Of a stretch of DNA of 64,000 nucleotides, positions 13,473-24,269 are shown in pieces. Both the position numbers and the translations under genes were made by a program. The notes beneath the pieces are model-generated. The model worked only from the letters and a program-made list of their open reading frames with translations. It did not search any database and was not told the origin of the DNA. The DNA is from Lingula anatina (taxonomy: Eukaryota; Animalia; Brachiopoda), in contig CM120640.1 of the NCBI GenBank assembly GCA_051362555.1, positions 55,778,788-55,842,787 of the forward strand. Direction: 5' to 3'. Positions within the stretch are counted from its first letter, which is position 1; the number at the start of each line of letters is the position of its first letter.

Positions 13473-16400
13473 ACTAGCGGATCAGAGAGGCGATACCGCC
13501 TCCGGATATAGTACCACCAGCTGGAGTAAGCGCATTCGTATGGAAAACCCCCCAAAAAAGGGACACCACCACCAGTCTTGTGCTTGACAAGCTCTATAAA
13601 ATGCAATCAACAAGAGTTCTCAAAATATGCAAAAAAAATTAACTAAAAATGGTACAATCAAGCAGATTTTCAAATTGACCTGTATTTTCCTAACATTGAT
13701 CACTCCTGTAATTCTCTAGACAATAGACCTATTGGTTTTCCTTGAAATGTGTTGTCAGTGCTGCAAATATGCTGACAAAAGAAAAAACCTAGGGGCAACA
13801 CTGGGCATATCTCTGCTAGTTTTGAAGATATGAGGTACAAGAAAATATGCAAAGCTCAGTTCATGGTGAACAAGGCAGCAAAGCTGTCAAATGTACAGAC
13901 AAAAAACAGGAAATAACTATGCACAAAATAGGCTACTGTCAATTCTGATGCAAAAGTACATTATGTTAAACTGCAAATTCAACATCAAATTCTAATTATG
14001 CTCAACAGGTAATACCAATGTAAGTAAAATGTGTAACAAGCATAAGGCTTCAGGCCCATGGGAGTTCAAGTTCACACTTTGAAAATGTATAACTTCCAGA
14101 AAAAGAAGCCAATTAGACTGCTTTTCCAACTCAGGCTGCATTTTAGTCCTGTATTTCGTTTTTGAAAGTATGGCAATTATAAGTAACACGGTTTTCCCAT
14201 AATGGTCATCATGGCAGCAGCACCCAAAATTGTGTTTTCTTCTATTCTGATGCAATATTACATAATGGTTAACAGCATAATGACCATCAATTTTTAATAA
14301 TAAAACATATGTATCATGGATTTTCAGAAAATATGACTAGCATGGGTCTTCAAGCCCGTGGAACTTCAAAATCACACCTTGAAAATGCCAATATGTGAAA
14401 AATTAAATTTTCACAAAAAAACTGTTTAACTGGCAGTAAGAATTACCAAACAGCCAAAAAGTAAAACTGCCTTCCACTTATCCCACTTACAATGAAAGTG
14501 CACAGCGCCGGCGACAGCGACGGCGATTACAGACGTAGGTGATGGCAATATGTACAGACACATCTGTACATATTTACTGTACTATTTGAGAACAGTAAGT
14601 GACATGGTTTTTCTTAAATGGTCATCATGGGAGCAGTGCCCAAAATAGGATTTTTTCAAATTTTGATGCAATATTACATAATGTTTAACAGCATAATGAC
14701 CATCAATTTTTAATAATAAAATATTAGTATCATGGATATTCAGAAAATGTGACTAGCAAAGGTCTTCAGGCCCATGGAACTTCAAAGTCACAACTTGAAA
14801 ATGCCAAAATGTAAACAAGACCACACTGTTCTGAAATGTTTTTTTCCCATTTTTAACAATTTTTAACATAAAACAAAATTAACAGTGTACTGCCATTTTT
14901 ATATGATCAACTAAGAAAATTGATGAGATGGGAAAAATATCAATAGAGCAGTGTTAAATGTCCAATTTCTTCCATTCTGAGATTCTGAACATAGTGAATG
15001 ATTGAATCTGACAAACTGCAATGATATGAGTTTATTTCCATTTTTGAAACTTTATTACACAATACACGATAACAAGTTTACCATCATTTTTACAACATCA
15101 ACTAACAATGTTGTTAAGATGCAGGAAATGTCAAACAAACACTTTCATGTATCTTATTAATTAAATAATGAAACTGTTAACATGCCTACTAAGAATTGAA
15201 TCTGAGGAAATGTGAAAAAACAGCATAACTTCTAAAATAATGGCCCGATTATGCTGATTTTTTAACTCAACCTGCGTTTTAGCAGGATTGATCACTCCTG
15301 TGAGTTTAATGACAATTGGCCTGTCTGTTTTTCTTATATTGTGTTTACAGTGTTGCATATATGCTGAAAAGTGAAAAAAAAAGCATAACTACTAAAATAG
15401 TGGCCCGATCATGCCGATTTTCGAACTTGACCTGCGTTTTAGTAAGATCAATTACTCCTGTGAGTTTCATGACAACAGGCCTATCGGTTTTCCTTGGAAT
15501 GTGTTTACAGTGTTGCAAATATGCTGAAAAGTGAAAAAACAGCATAATTTCTACAAAAATGGCTCGATCATGCTGATTTTCGAACTTGACCCCGTTTTAT
15601 GAATATTCATCAGCTCTGTAAATATATAGCCAAAAAGTAAAACTGCCTTCCACTTATCGTGTTTATAAGGAAAGTGCACAGCGCCGGCGACGGCAACGAT
15701 ATATATACCCCCCCCGCAGGTGATGGCAATATGTACAGACACATCTGTGTCTGTACATAAAAAGTAGGTCAAAGGTCAATTTCAATGTTGCAGTATATGA
15801 CTTCCTATTCAAGGTCAATAGTAATCATGGGCATTTCTTTGCCAATTTTGGAGAATTAAAGGGCCAGAAAACATGCAAAATGCAGTTCATCATAAAATAA
15901 GGTCAAATTTCAGGGTCACAGTTAGATTGCCAGTATATATGACTTCCTAATCAAGTTCAATAGTAACTATTGAATATAGTTTATCTTTGCCAGTTTTCGA
16001 GATATAAAGATCAGAAAATTTGCAAAAAGCAGTTTATGGTGAAAAGTAGGTCAAAGGTCAATTTTAAGGTCACAGTTAGATTGCCAGTATATGATTTCCT
16101 GTTTAACTTTAATAGTAACTATGGACCTGTCTCTGCCAGTTTTGGAGACAAAAGGGAAGAAAAATTTGCAAAGTTCAGTTCATCATGAAAATTAGGTCAA
16201 AGGTCAATTTCAGGGTCACAGTTAGATAGCCAGTATATGACTTCCTATTCAAGTTAAATAGTAACTATGTGCACAGTTTTGAAAGTATAAGCATTAAAAA
16301 AGTTGCAAAGTTCATTTTATGGTTAATTGTAGGTCAAAGGTCAATTTTAAGGTCACAGTTACATTGCCAGTATATGATTTCCTGTTTAACTTTAATAGTA

Positions 16401-17795
16401 ACTATGTACCTATCTCTGCCAGTTTTGGAGACAAAAGGGAAGGAAAATTTGTAAAGTTCAGTTCATCATGAAAATTAGGTCAAAGGTCAATTTCAGGGTC
16501 ACAGTTAGATAGCCAGTATATGACTTCCTATTCAAGTTTAATAGTAACTATGTGCACATCTTTGCCAGTTTTGGAGATATAAAGATCAGAAAATTCGCAA
16601 AGTGCAGTTTATCATGAAAAAAGGTCAAAGGTCAATTTCAAGGTCACAGTAAGATTGCCAGTATATGACTTCCTAATCAAGTTCAATAGTAACTATATAC
16701 ATTTCTTTGCCAGTTTTGAGGATATAAGGGACTTAAATGTTGCAAAGTTCAGTTCATGGTGAAAAGTAGGTCAAAGGTCAATTCCAAGCTCACAGTTTAA
16801 TTGCCAGTATATGACTTCCTATTCAATTTCAATAGTAACTATGGACCTATCTTTGCCAGTTTTGGAGATATAAAGGAATCAATGTTACAATTTTGGAGTT
16901 ACCATAATGTGCTATAAATTTCCTGTAAAAAAATTAATTGAAATAAAGAAAAGGTCATTTCGGTTGAAATTCTTGAAATGGGAGGTGCTCAGAAGTTCCA
17001 GATATTCAAATTTCATAAAATAATGTCATTTTTGACCAGAAGTTGTCTGCCTCGCCAAGCCTTATGTTTAATTTTCCAGGGGTTCAAAATTTATTATACA
17101 TTATCCGTATTGCACATTTTGCTTTTACCACCACAATTTTTGATACAGCATAACTCGTAAACAGTATGGAAATAAAAAAAAAACGGAGACCACGTACAGT
17201 GTTGGGCTTGACATGCTCTACAAAATGCAAAAAAGAATGGGTCTCTAACATTAACGGTTCCCGAATTAGAGACAGTTTTCAGTTTCGGTATCTTACGGCT
17301 GCTACTCCCGTGAAAATGCACTGATTGACCCCAAACTCACTGAGATGAAAGATGACCTGAAGGGTAACACCTTCCAATAATATTATAGGTTAGTTTCTGA
17401 ACATCAGTGCAAAAAATTTTATTTCGTAAATAAAGGTCAAAGGTCAAATCCAAGGGTATATTTGAAATCTCCACATATGACTTTTGGTCAGCAGTCTGTA
17501 GAAATTTTTCCCATAATTCCTTCAGTAGGGTAGATAATTAGCATTTAATTTTGCCATTTTTGGACAAGGGTGCATTGCAATGAGGGCCACACCTAGACCC
17601 CAGCACTGACAAAGCCAAAATTTTACGTGGAACGAGTTGAGATTATAGGTGACCTAAATCCAAGAGATGGGCACGCAGGCCCTTACCGTCTAGGAGGAGA
17701 AGCGGTAACGGTAACATGGCAGCGGAGCCGGCGGAACGATCCGGACGGGACTAAAACCATGTGTACCGCCAGCGCCTACGCTGGTGGTACAATAA
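13473..17795 (-). mobile_element. Large (4.3 kb) non-autonomous Helentron/HINE, family B, with internal repeat arrays
   Basis: Left end actag, hairpin gaggcg-atac-cgcctc, subTIR gtaccaccagc; right end palindrome gtaccgccagcg-ccta-cgctggtggtac then aataa. Several internally repeated modules and no long ORF. Confidence 0.75.
15760..16885. repeat. ~146-bp tandem satellite (~8 monomers) inside the HINE
   Basis: Anchor aggtcaaaggtcaatt at 15766, 16048, 16194, 16331, 16477, 16622, 16768, with a variant near 15900. Each is followed by gccagtatatga...aatagtaactat. Confidence 0.9.
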
Positions 17796-19748
17796 TATAT
17801 TTCCACATTTAATTTGCAAAGTGAAAACAAAACTCATCCTCTTACCATACTCTCTTGATATTTATGAAAGCTATCCACAGATAAAATCAATCTTAGTTGT
17901 TACAATTTATGTGTCCTTACAGATCTATACAAACATGCAATACTAATTCAAATTATCAGATTACATGAACCGGTACATACTGCTCATACACGGATGCCAT
18001 TAATTAACACCTTATCATAAATCAAGGTAAAAATTATATGCACAAATAGTTCAAAATATTCCTTTACTTGAAAAAGTGTTAAATAGCCACTGTCAAAAAT
18101 ATATTGTGTATATTATTATCATATTGAAAATCATATTATTATTATTTGAAAATGTTCATACTTGTACACATTACATCAGCTGCATACAGGCAGACACATG
18201 TACATGACTAAATTTCCTCTATGTAGCAGACTTCCATTGAGCCATTATATCAAGGCTAGCACAAATAATATCTGACCAACATGGGCAAAGTTGTAATGAT
18301 TTAGGTTCAAGCTAGGGTATGGGTGAAAAAAAATAATGAAGTATGACTTTCAAAACCATATTGGTGTCCATCCAGGCATACGGCAATACAGAGTATTGTA
18401 ACGCATACTGCTATCTTATGAGTCAGCGTAAAAACTTTTTACATATGCCACAACTCAAGGTTTACATTGAAATATAACAAATTATCATAATGGCATCAAA
18501 AAGGCATCAAAAAGCCATCAAATGTTCCCCATATGCCTGGAGTCACAAAGAAATGCTTGCAAAGAGCATTTTCTGTAAAATGCTGTAGAAGATGAGGAAT
18601 TACACTGTTGTGACTAGTTGTTATCAAAAACTAGCAAACATTCGGAAGCTAAGGTCATTCAAATTAGTTAAATTTGAATGACCTTAGCTTCCGAATTCTA
18701 GCCAATGAACAATTTGTTATCAAAAGGTTTGTCAGGAAGTGATAAATTAAAATTTGATTTTTGGTGACAAAAGTCCCATTCCCACACAGCATGGTAATTG
18801 GAATTCTAATGCGTGTATCTAAATTCATTTTTTTGGCTTCACAGACCAAGAAACAAAATCACAATTCACCTTGCCAGATCTCACTGGCAACTCTATTGAC
18901 GCTTGCTTGGGGAGTCACAGTATGTCCTGGTGAACAGGGGCATTTGTTTCCAGTCTCTATACAAGTAACAATCATGCTTTTGCTTTTGCTTTCAATAATC
19001 ACGATATTGCATATGCATCTATCAAACTATGGTGTAAAATTATTCAAATGTTTGATGATACATTAATGAAACAAGCATACATACATGAGATAAATAGTTA
19101 CAAGTTGCTGACACCTTATGTTCCACCCACAGTATTGTAACGATTTTTCATAGCCTTAAAATTCATGGTAAAATTGCTGCAGTAAGCTGTAGCCTTTTGT
19201 TTACATTCTTGTGTGTGTTGAACTTTGAACCTTAAGTTGGAATGGCTTGTAAGTGGTATCAGTTTACTAAAGAGGTGATTGTGGTGTCCAGTAGAGGGGT
19301 TGGCGGTCAACCATTCAAGGCCGTCCACTTTTCCTCTGCCTGCCAGTCAAAGTAGCAGTGAACCATTCAAGGCCGTCCACTTTTGAAACGTATAAATACA
19401 GCTGCTCTACGCAGTGTTGGTCAGTTAGAGTTCAGTTAGAGTTACTGTAGAGTATAGTGGCAGTACTCAGTGAGAGTATAGTGTCAGACTTAGTTTCACA
19501 ACTTAGTTTGAATCAGTTTCGCAATATAGTTCCAGTTAGTTTATTGTAGCTGAGTTGCAGTTGTTTAAATTAGAAGTACAGCAGTACAGCAAGAATAGAG
19601 ACAGTGTTTAGTAAAAGATACAGAAACATGTACATTTGTGTTGAAAGTTATTCGTAGAAATAAAGTTTACAAAACAGAGACCTTGTTTTGTTGGTGGCAG
19701 CGAAGTAAGAGAACCGTACACTGGTGGCAGAAAAAGAAGACCTCTACA
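17111..19748 (+). repeat. Segmental duplication copy 1 (flank + LTR), repeated at 24270-26907
   Basis: Constant offset of 7159 bp and matching ORF-track entries. The only difference I noticed is G19294 vs T26453. Confidence 0.95.
19136..19748 (+). mobile_element. Gypsy LTR (613 bp, TG...CA), 5' LTR
   Basis: Starts tgtaac after GTAT and ends ctctaca. Contains TATAAATA (19391), AATAAA (19659) and a 24-bp direct repeat. Followed by PBS-like TGGTGGCAAGCGCTGGGAT, resembling the complement of a tRNA-Leu 3' end. Confidence 0.9.
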
Positions 19749-19818
19749 CTGGTGGCAAGCGCTGGGATACAGACTTTAACACGCCAAGAGAAAAGCTCAA
19801 GAAATCAAGAAATTCAAA

Positions 19819-20946
19819 ATGCCTCCTAAAAAGGACAACAGATCTGACCAGGAGGATGTGAGAAACCTGGAGGAACAATTAGAAGAAGCCTGCAGAGCTC
19901 TTGAAGCTGAAAAAGAAAATTCTACTCACAGATTACAAAATGCTGTAGAAGAAGCAGAGGCAGAGAAAGAAAGATTAATTAGAAAAGCAAAAGAAAATGC
20001 GGACATCTTAGAGGCACGTGCTGAGGCTGCAGAACAGAGAGTCAGAGCCCTAGAGCGACAGAAAGAGACAGAAATAGAACACAGAGCCCAGAATGAACGC
20101 ATATCAGAAACAATAACCCCTACACTTACCCCATTTCACAGAATTAACGGCCGTAGTAACTTTGAAGTTCCTTTGCCCAGACAGACTCTCTTTAGTGGAA
20201 AAGAATCCTGGGAGGGTTTCATTGAACCATTCAAAGCACTAAGCCAGACTTGTGAATGGAGTGAGTCTGAGAAACTGTTTAGATTATGTAACAGTCTGCG
20301 TGGTGAGGCTGCTGATTTCGCCTTTGTGCAGTTGTCAGCAGAAGTGGTAAATTCCTACCCTCTGCTACAGAGGGCATTGCAAAACCGATTTCAAGAAAAG
20401 CGTACTACAAGCTCCTATCTATCAGAGCTAGAGAATAGAAAGCTTAGTTCAAGAGAGAAATTGCCAGAGTACATCTCCGATATTAGAAAGTTGGTGTTAA
20501 AAGGTTACCCCACGGCTGACTGCACCACCCGTGAGACCATTGCATTGCGCCATTTCATAAAAGGGTTGCCAGACCATCAAGCCGCCGTGGCAGTGGGCAT
20601 GAAAACGCCCAAAAATCTAGACGAAGCAAGGGAGGCCCTTGAAATGTACAACAGTCTAAGAGAAGAGGCAGTGAAAAGACCAAGTGTTAGGGCAGCAAAT
20701 CCTGAGGCTGTTGTAACAGAAAGTCAGCTACACCAGCTTGAAAAGAAGTTTGACAAGAAGTTAGATGAAATTAAAGACTTGATAATGAAAGAGAAAGCAA
20801 AAGACACGAAAAGTCCTCCACCACCCAAGTCAGAAAATTGGAAAAACAACATAGAGTGTTTCAAGTGCCATAGATATGGGCATCTGGCAAGAGAATGCAA
20901 GGCACCTGTGAAAGAGGCTCCGCATGTAAACAACCAGGGAAACTGA
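19819..20946 (+). CDS. gag: Gypsy Gag (N-terminal coiled coil, capsid-like region, CCHC zinc knuckle)
   Basis: 375-aa intact ORF with CFKCHRYGHLAREC knuckle; ends ...CAG GGA AAC TGA at a slippery site. Confidence 0.92.
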   Translation: MPPKKDNRSDQEDVRNLEEQLEEACRALEAEKENSTHRLQNAVEEAEAEKERLIRKAKENADILEARAEAAEQRVRALERQKETEIEHRAQNERISETITPTLTPFHRINGRSNFEVPLPRQTLFSGKESWEGFIEPFKALSQTCEWSESEKLFRLCNSLRGEAADFAFVQLSAEVVNSYPLLQRALQNRFQEKRTTSSYLSELENRKLSSREKLPEYISDIRKLVLKGYPTADCTTRETIALRHFIKGLPDHQAAVAVGMKTPKNLDEAREALEMYNSLREEAVKRPSVRAANPEAVVTESQLHQLEKKFDKKLDEIKDLIMKEKAKDTKSPPPPKSENWKNNIECFKCHRYGHLARECKAPVKEAPHVNNQGN

Positions 20947-23078
20947 GAAGGGGCATTCCAGCCGGCCAGAATGAACCCCTAAAAACACCTGTTGACAGTG
21001 ACATTGAAACCGTCAGTTGTAGAAATGCTAGTGTTTCTTGGCCAGTGAAGATTCAGGGCCAAGAAGTGAACTTTATTGTAGACACTGGTGCGTCAAAAAC
21101 AATTATATCTACCCACATTTATGAACGAATTCCCCATGATTTTAGACCTGAACTGAAAAAGACTCATAGAAAATTGCAGTTGCAGGTTGCGGACAGTAGA
21201 AACATTGAAATTGAAGGCCATGTAGAAATAAGTTTTCAGTCTGGCGAAGAAATGTTTGTATGGGACATGCTTGTAGCAAAAATAAAGGACGATGGTTTGT
21301 TAGGAATGGACTTCCTGTGCTATCATGATTTTTCACTGGGTGTGAACGGACTGAAACTTAATGGGAAGAGAGTGCCCTGTTTGGTTGAGAGGGAACCAAA
21401 GCATGCCTTTAGAGTGACAGTGACTAATGACGTTATTATTCCTGCAAACAGTGAGTTGATCATAGAAGGGACAGTTGATTTTAGCAAAATAAAATCAGGA
21501 TTGGGACTGGTAGAGGAAATTCCAGAGAAGTCAAGTGATTTTCTGATCGGACACGTGCTAGTTGATCCTTTCAGAAGAGACAATAAAATACCTTTGAGAC
21601 TCCTTAACCCCTCTAATGAAGACATTTCACTTTTGAAAGACACCTGCGTTGCTCATTTACATGAAGTAGACCATGTGATTGGTGATAAACTTGAAGATAG
21701 CCTTTCTGTGCCCATCTTACGAGCAGACTTAACCCTTCATAGCCCAGAATTGCCTGAGTGCCTGGCTGACCTCTATAAACAGTCAGGTGAGAATTTGACT
21801 GACTTTGAAAGATGTGAATTAAAGAAACTCCTGCAGAAGCACAGTGATGTTTTTGCCAAGTCTTCCAGTGACATGGGTCACACATCTGTCGTAAAGCATA
21901 AGATTGTCACTGGTGATGCAAGACCCATAAAACAGCAGCCCAGAAGACCCCCTAGAGCGTTTGCTGGGGAAGAAGAGAAAATAATTCAGGAACAGCTCCA
22001 AAATGGTGTTATTAGAGAGTCCACCTCACCTTGGTCAGCTCCACTAGTTTATGTCAAGAAAAAGGATGGAACAACAAGACCCTGTGTTGACTATAGACGC
22101 TTAAATGATGTAACAGTGAAAGATGCTTACCCTCTTCCTCGAATAAATGACTGTTTAGACTCTCTTGGTGGCTCAATTTTCTTTTCAATAGCTGATTGCC
22201 AGAGCGGGTATTATCAAATCGAGGTAGCAGAAGAAGATAAGCCAAAGACTGCATTTGTGACCAGAAATGGTTTATACGAATACAATGTTATGCCTTTTGG
22301 TCTTTCCAACTCTCCTTCAACCTTCGAACGGTGCATGGAACTGATTTTCCGTGGTTTGCAGTGGCAGACAGTGTTGATTTACCTTGATGACATTATTGTG
22401 TTTGGTAAATCGTTTGAAGAGCACTATAAGAGACTTGACGAGGTTTTTAATCGTCTTGGAAAAGCAGGGCTAAAACTGAAGCCAAGCAAATGCAGGTTGT
22501 TTCAAACTGAAGTTCAGTTTTTGGGACATGTAGTGACTCAAGATGGCGTTAAACCAGATCCTGAGAAGGTAGACTGTATAAAGAAATGGCCAGTTCCCAG
22601 GAATCTGACTGATGTACGTAGTTTTCTAGGACTGTGTTCGTATTATCGTAGATTTATTAGAGGATTTTCAACAAGAGCTGCTCCAATTAATCATCTGCTC
22701 CAGGCCGGCCAGGCGTTTACTTGGACAGACTCTTGTCAGACAGCATTTGAGGACCTCAAAAGTGCCCTTACAGGTAATGAGGTAATGGCGTATCCGAGAG
22801 ACGAAGGATTGTATATTCTCGACACTGATGCTTCAGCCACGGGCATTGGTGCCGTTTTATCTCAGTTACAGTGGTGTGAGAAGACCCAGAAAGAAATAGA
22901 GAAACCAGTCGCGTATGCAAGTAAGTCATTGACGAAAACTCAACGCCGTTACTGCGTGACTAGAAAAGAACTGCTTGCCGTTGTTACCTTTGTTCAACAA
23001 TTCAGACACCATTTATTGGGTAGACAGTTTTTGGTACGAAGCGATCACAGTGCCCTCCGATGGGTTATGTCCTTTTAG
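20895..23078 (+). CDS. pol: Gypsy Pol: aspartic protease, reverse transcriptase, RNase H (reached by -1 frameshift; ends at a premature TAG)
   Basis: FIVDTGAS protease motif; RT motifs CVDYRRLN, MPFGLSNSP, YLDDII; RNase H motifs LDTDAS, ELLAV, SDHSAL. Confidence 0.95.
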   Translation: MQGTCERGSACKQPGKLRRGIPAGQNEPLKTPVDSDIETVSCRNASVSWPVKIQGQEVNFIVDTGASKTIISTHIYERIPHDFRPELKKTHRKLQLQVADSRNIEIEGHVEISFQSGEEMFVWDMLVAKIKDDGLLGMDFLCYHDFSLGVNGLKLNGKRVPCLVEREPKHAFRVTVTNDVIIPANSELIIEGTVDFSKIKSGLGLVEEIPEKSSDFLIGHVLVDPFRRDNKIPLRLLNPSNEDISLLKDTCVAHLHEVDHVIGDKLEDSLSVPILRADLTLHSPELPECLADLYKQSGENLTDFERCELKKLLQKHSDVFAKSSSDMGHTSVVKHKIVTGDARPIKQQPRRPPRAFAGEEEKIIQEQLQNGVIRESTSPWSAPLVYVKKKDGTTRPCVDYRRLNDVTVKDAYPLPRINDCLDSLGGSIFFSIADCQSGYYQIEVAEEDKPKTAFVTRNGLYEYNVMPFGLSNSPSTFERCMELIFRGLQWQTVLIYLDDIIVFGKSFEEHYKRLDEVFNRLGKAGLKLKPSKCRLFQTEVQFLGHVVTQDGVKPDPEKVDCIKKWPVPRNLTDVRSFLGLCSYYRRFIRGFSTRAAPINHLLQAGQAFTWTDSCQTAFEDLKSALTGNEVMAYPRDEGLYILDTDASATGIGAVLSQLQWCEKTQKEIEKPVAYASKSLTKTQRRYCVTRKELLAVVTFVQQFRHHLLGRQFLVRSDHSALRWVMSF

Positions 23079-24269
23079 GAGCCCAATGATCAGATGGCCA
23101 GATGGCTGGAAGTGCTATCACAGTTTGATTTTAAAATAGAACACCGAGCAGGGGCCAGACACGGTAACGCAGATGCAATATCGAGATTTCCATGCGACCC
23201 AGATGAGTGTACATGCTATGATGGGGAGTCCATTTTAAGCAAATTGCCATGCGAGGGTTGCGTACAGTGTAAGAAGAAACATGAACAATGGTCCAGATAT
23301 CTGGAAGAAGAAGTCGTCCCTTTAGTAACCAGAAGAATGACAGAAAACCGAAAGAAAGAACCAAAATCAGACAATGGAGTCTGTGGCAGTGGTCAAGTAT
23401 CGGGAAACCAAGGAAAATGTCCAGTAAAACGTGTGTATACAGCAGCTTGTTCAGTTTTATTGACAGGCCTTTACACCCTACTGACATTGTTCTTTGTAAT
23501 CCTGAGCTGGGTGACCATGAAATTCAAGTGTATCTTTAAGGAAGTTAGAGCACTTTCTCTTCGAAGGATGAGAGTTTCCAAGAAAAGGGAAGTGCTGCCT
23601 AGAGAAAACTTGACATTCAAGGATCAAGATTTTTCTCATGGTGATGAAGATACAGATCTCAGTGAATCTGAGAGTGACAGAGATAGACTTCCAGCCGAGT
23701 GGCTGGGCAGTTACACTGTGAATGAATTGTTTAATTTGCAGTGTAAAGACCCTGAGTTGAAGACTGTGCTGGACTGGAAGGAACAGTCATCACAGAGACC
23801 AGAAAGAGATAAAGTGGCCGCAGAAAGTCCTGCAGTGCGACAGTTATGGTTGCTTTGGGACCAACTTGTGCTGCAGGAGGGCATTTTATATAAGAGATGG
23901 GAAACGTTAGATAAGACAGGTTCCTTTTTACAGATATTGGTTCCGAAAGAGATGAGGAATGAGGTGATGAAGGGCGTACATGACAAAGTCACGTCAGGTC
24001 ACCTCGGTGTCAAGAAAACAGTGAGCAAGTTGAAAAGACACTTCTACTGGTACAAGATGAAAGAAAGTGTGAGAGATTACATAAGAAGATGTGCTATTTG
24101 TGGTGGGAGAAAAAGACCACGGTCGAGACCTAAGGCTCCTTTGATAAGATATGCTGTAGGCGCTCCCATGGACAGAGTGGCAACAGACATCTTAGGACCT
24201 TTTCCAGTCAGTGAAAGAGGCAATAAATATATTCTTTTAGCAATGGACCAGTTTTCCAAATGGGTGGAG
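23079..24269 (+). pseudogene. pol: Continuation of Pol in the same frame after the TAG: end of RNase H, Cys-rich linker, hydrophobic insert, integrase HHCC and first catalytic Asp; truncated
   Basis: Same frame as 20895. Motifs ARWLEVL, HGNADAISR, H-x6-H...C-x2-C (HDKVTSGH...CAIC) and VATDILGP, then a break at KWVEC into duplicated flank sequence. Confidence 0.9.

Noticed and set aside
15760-16885. Regularly spaced repeats suggesting a CRISPR-like array
   Set aside because: Whole ~146-bp monomers repeat with no unique spacers, no cas genes, and a eukaryotic context; it is a satellite.
13293-17945. Similar ~65-bp sequences at 13293-13352 and 17885-17945 as a TSD of the HINE
   Set aside because: They are diverged and lie 90-120 bp from the element ends; more likely an older local duplication.
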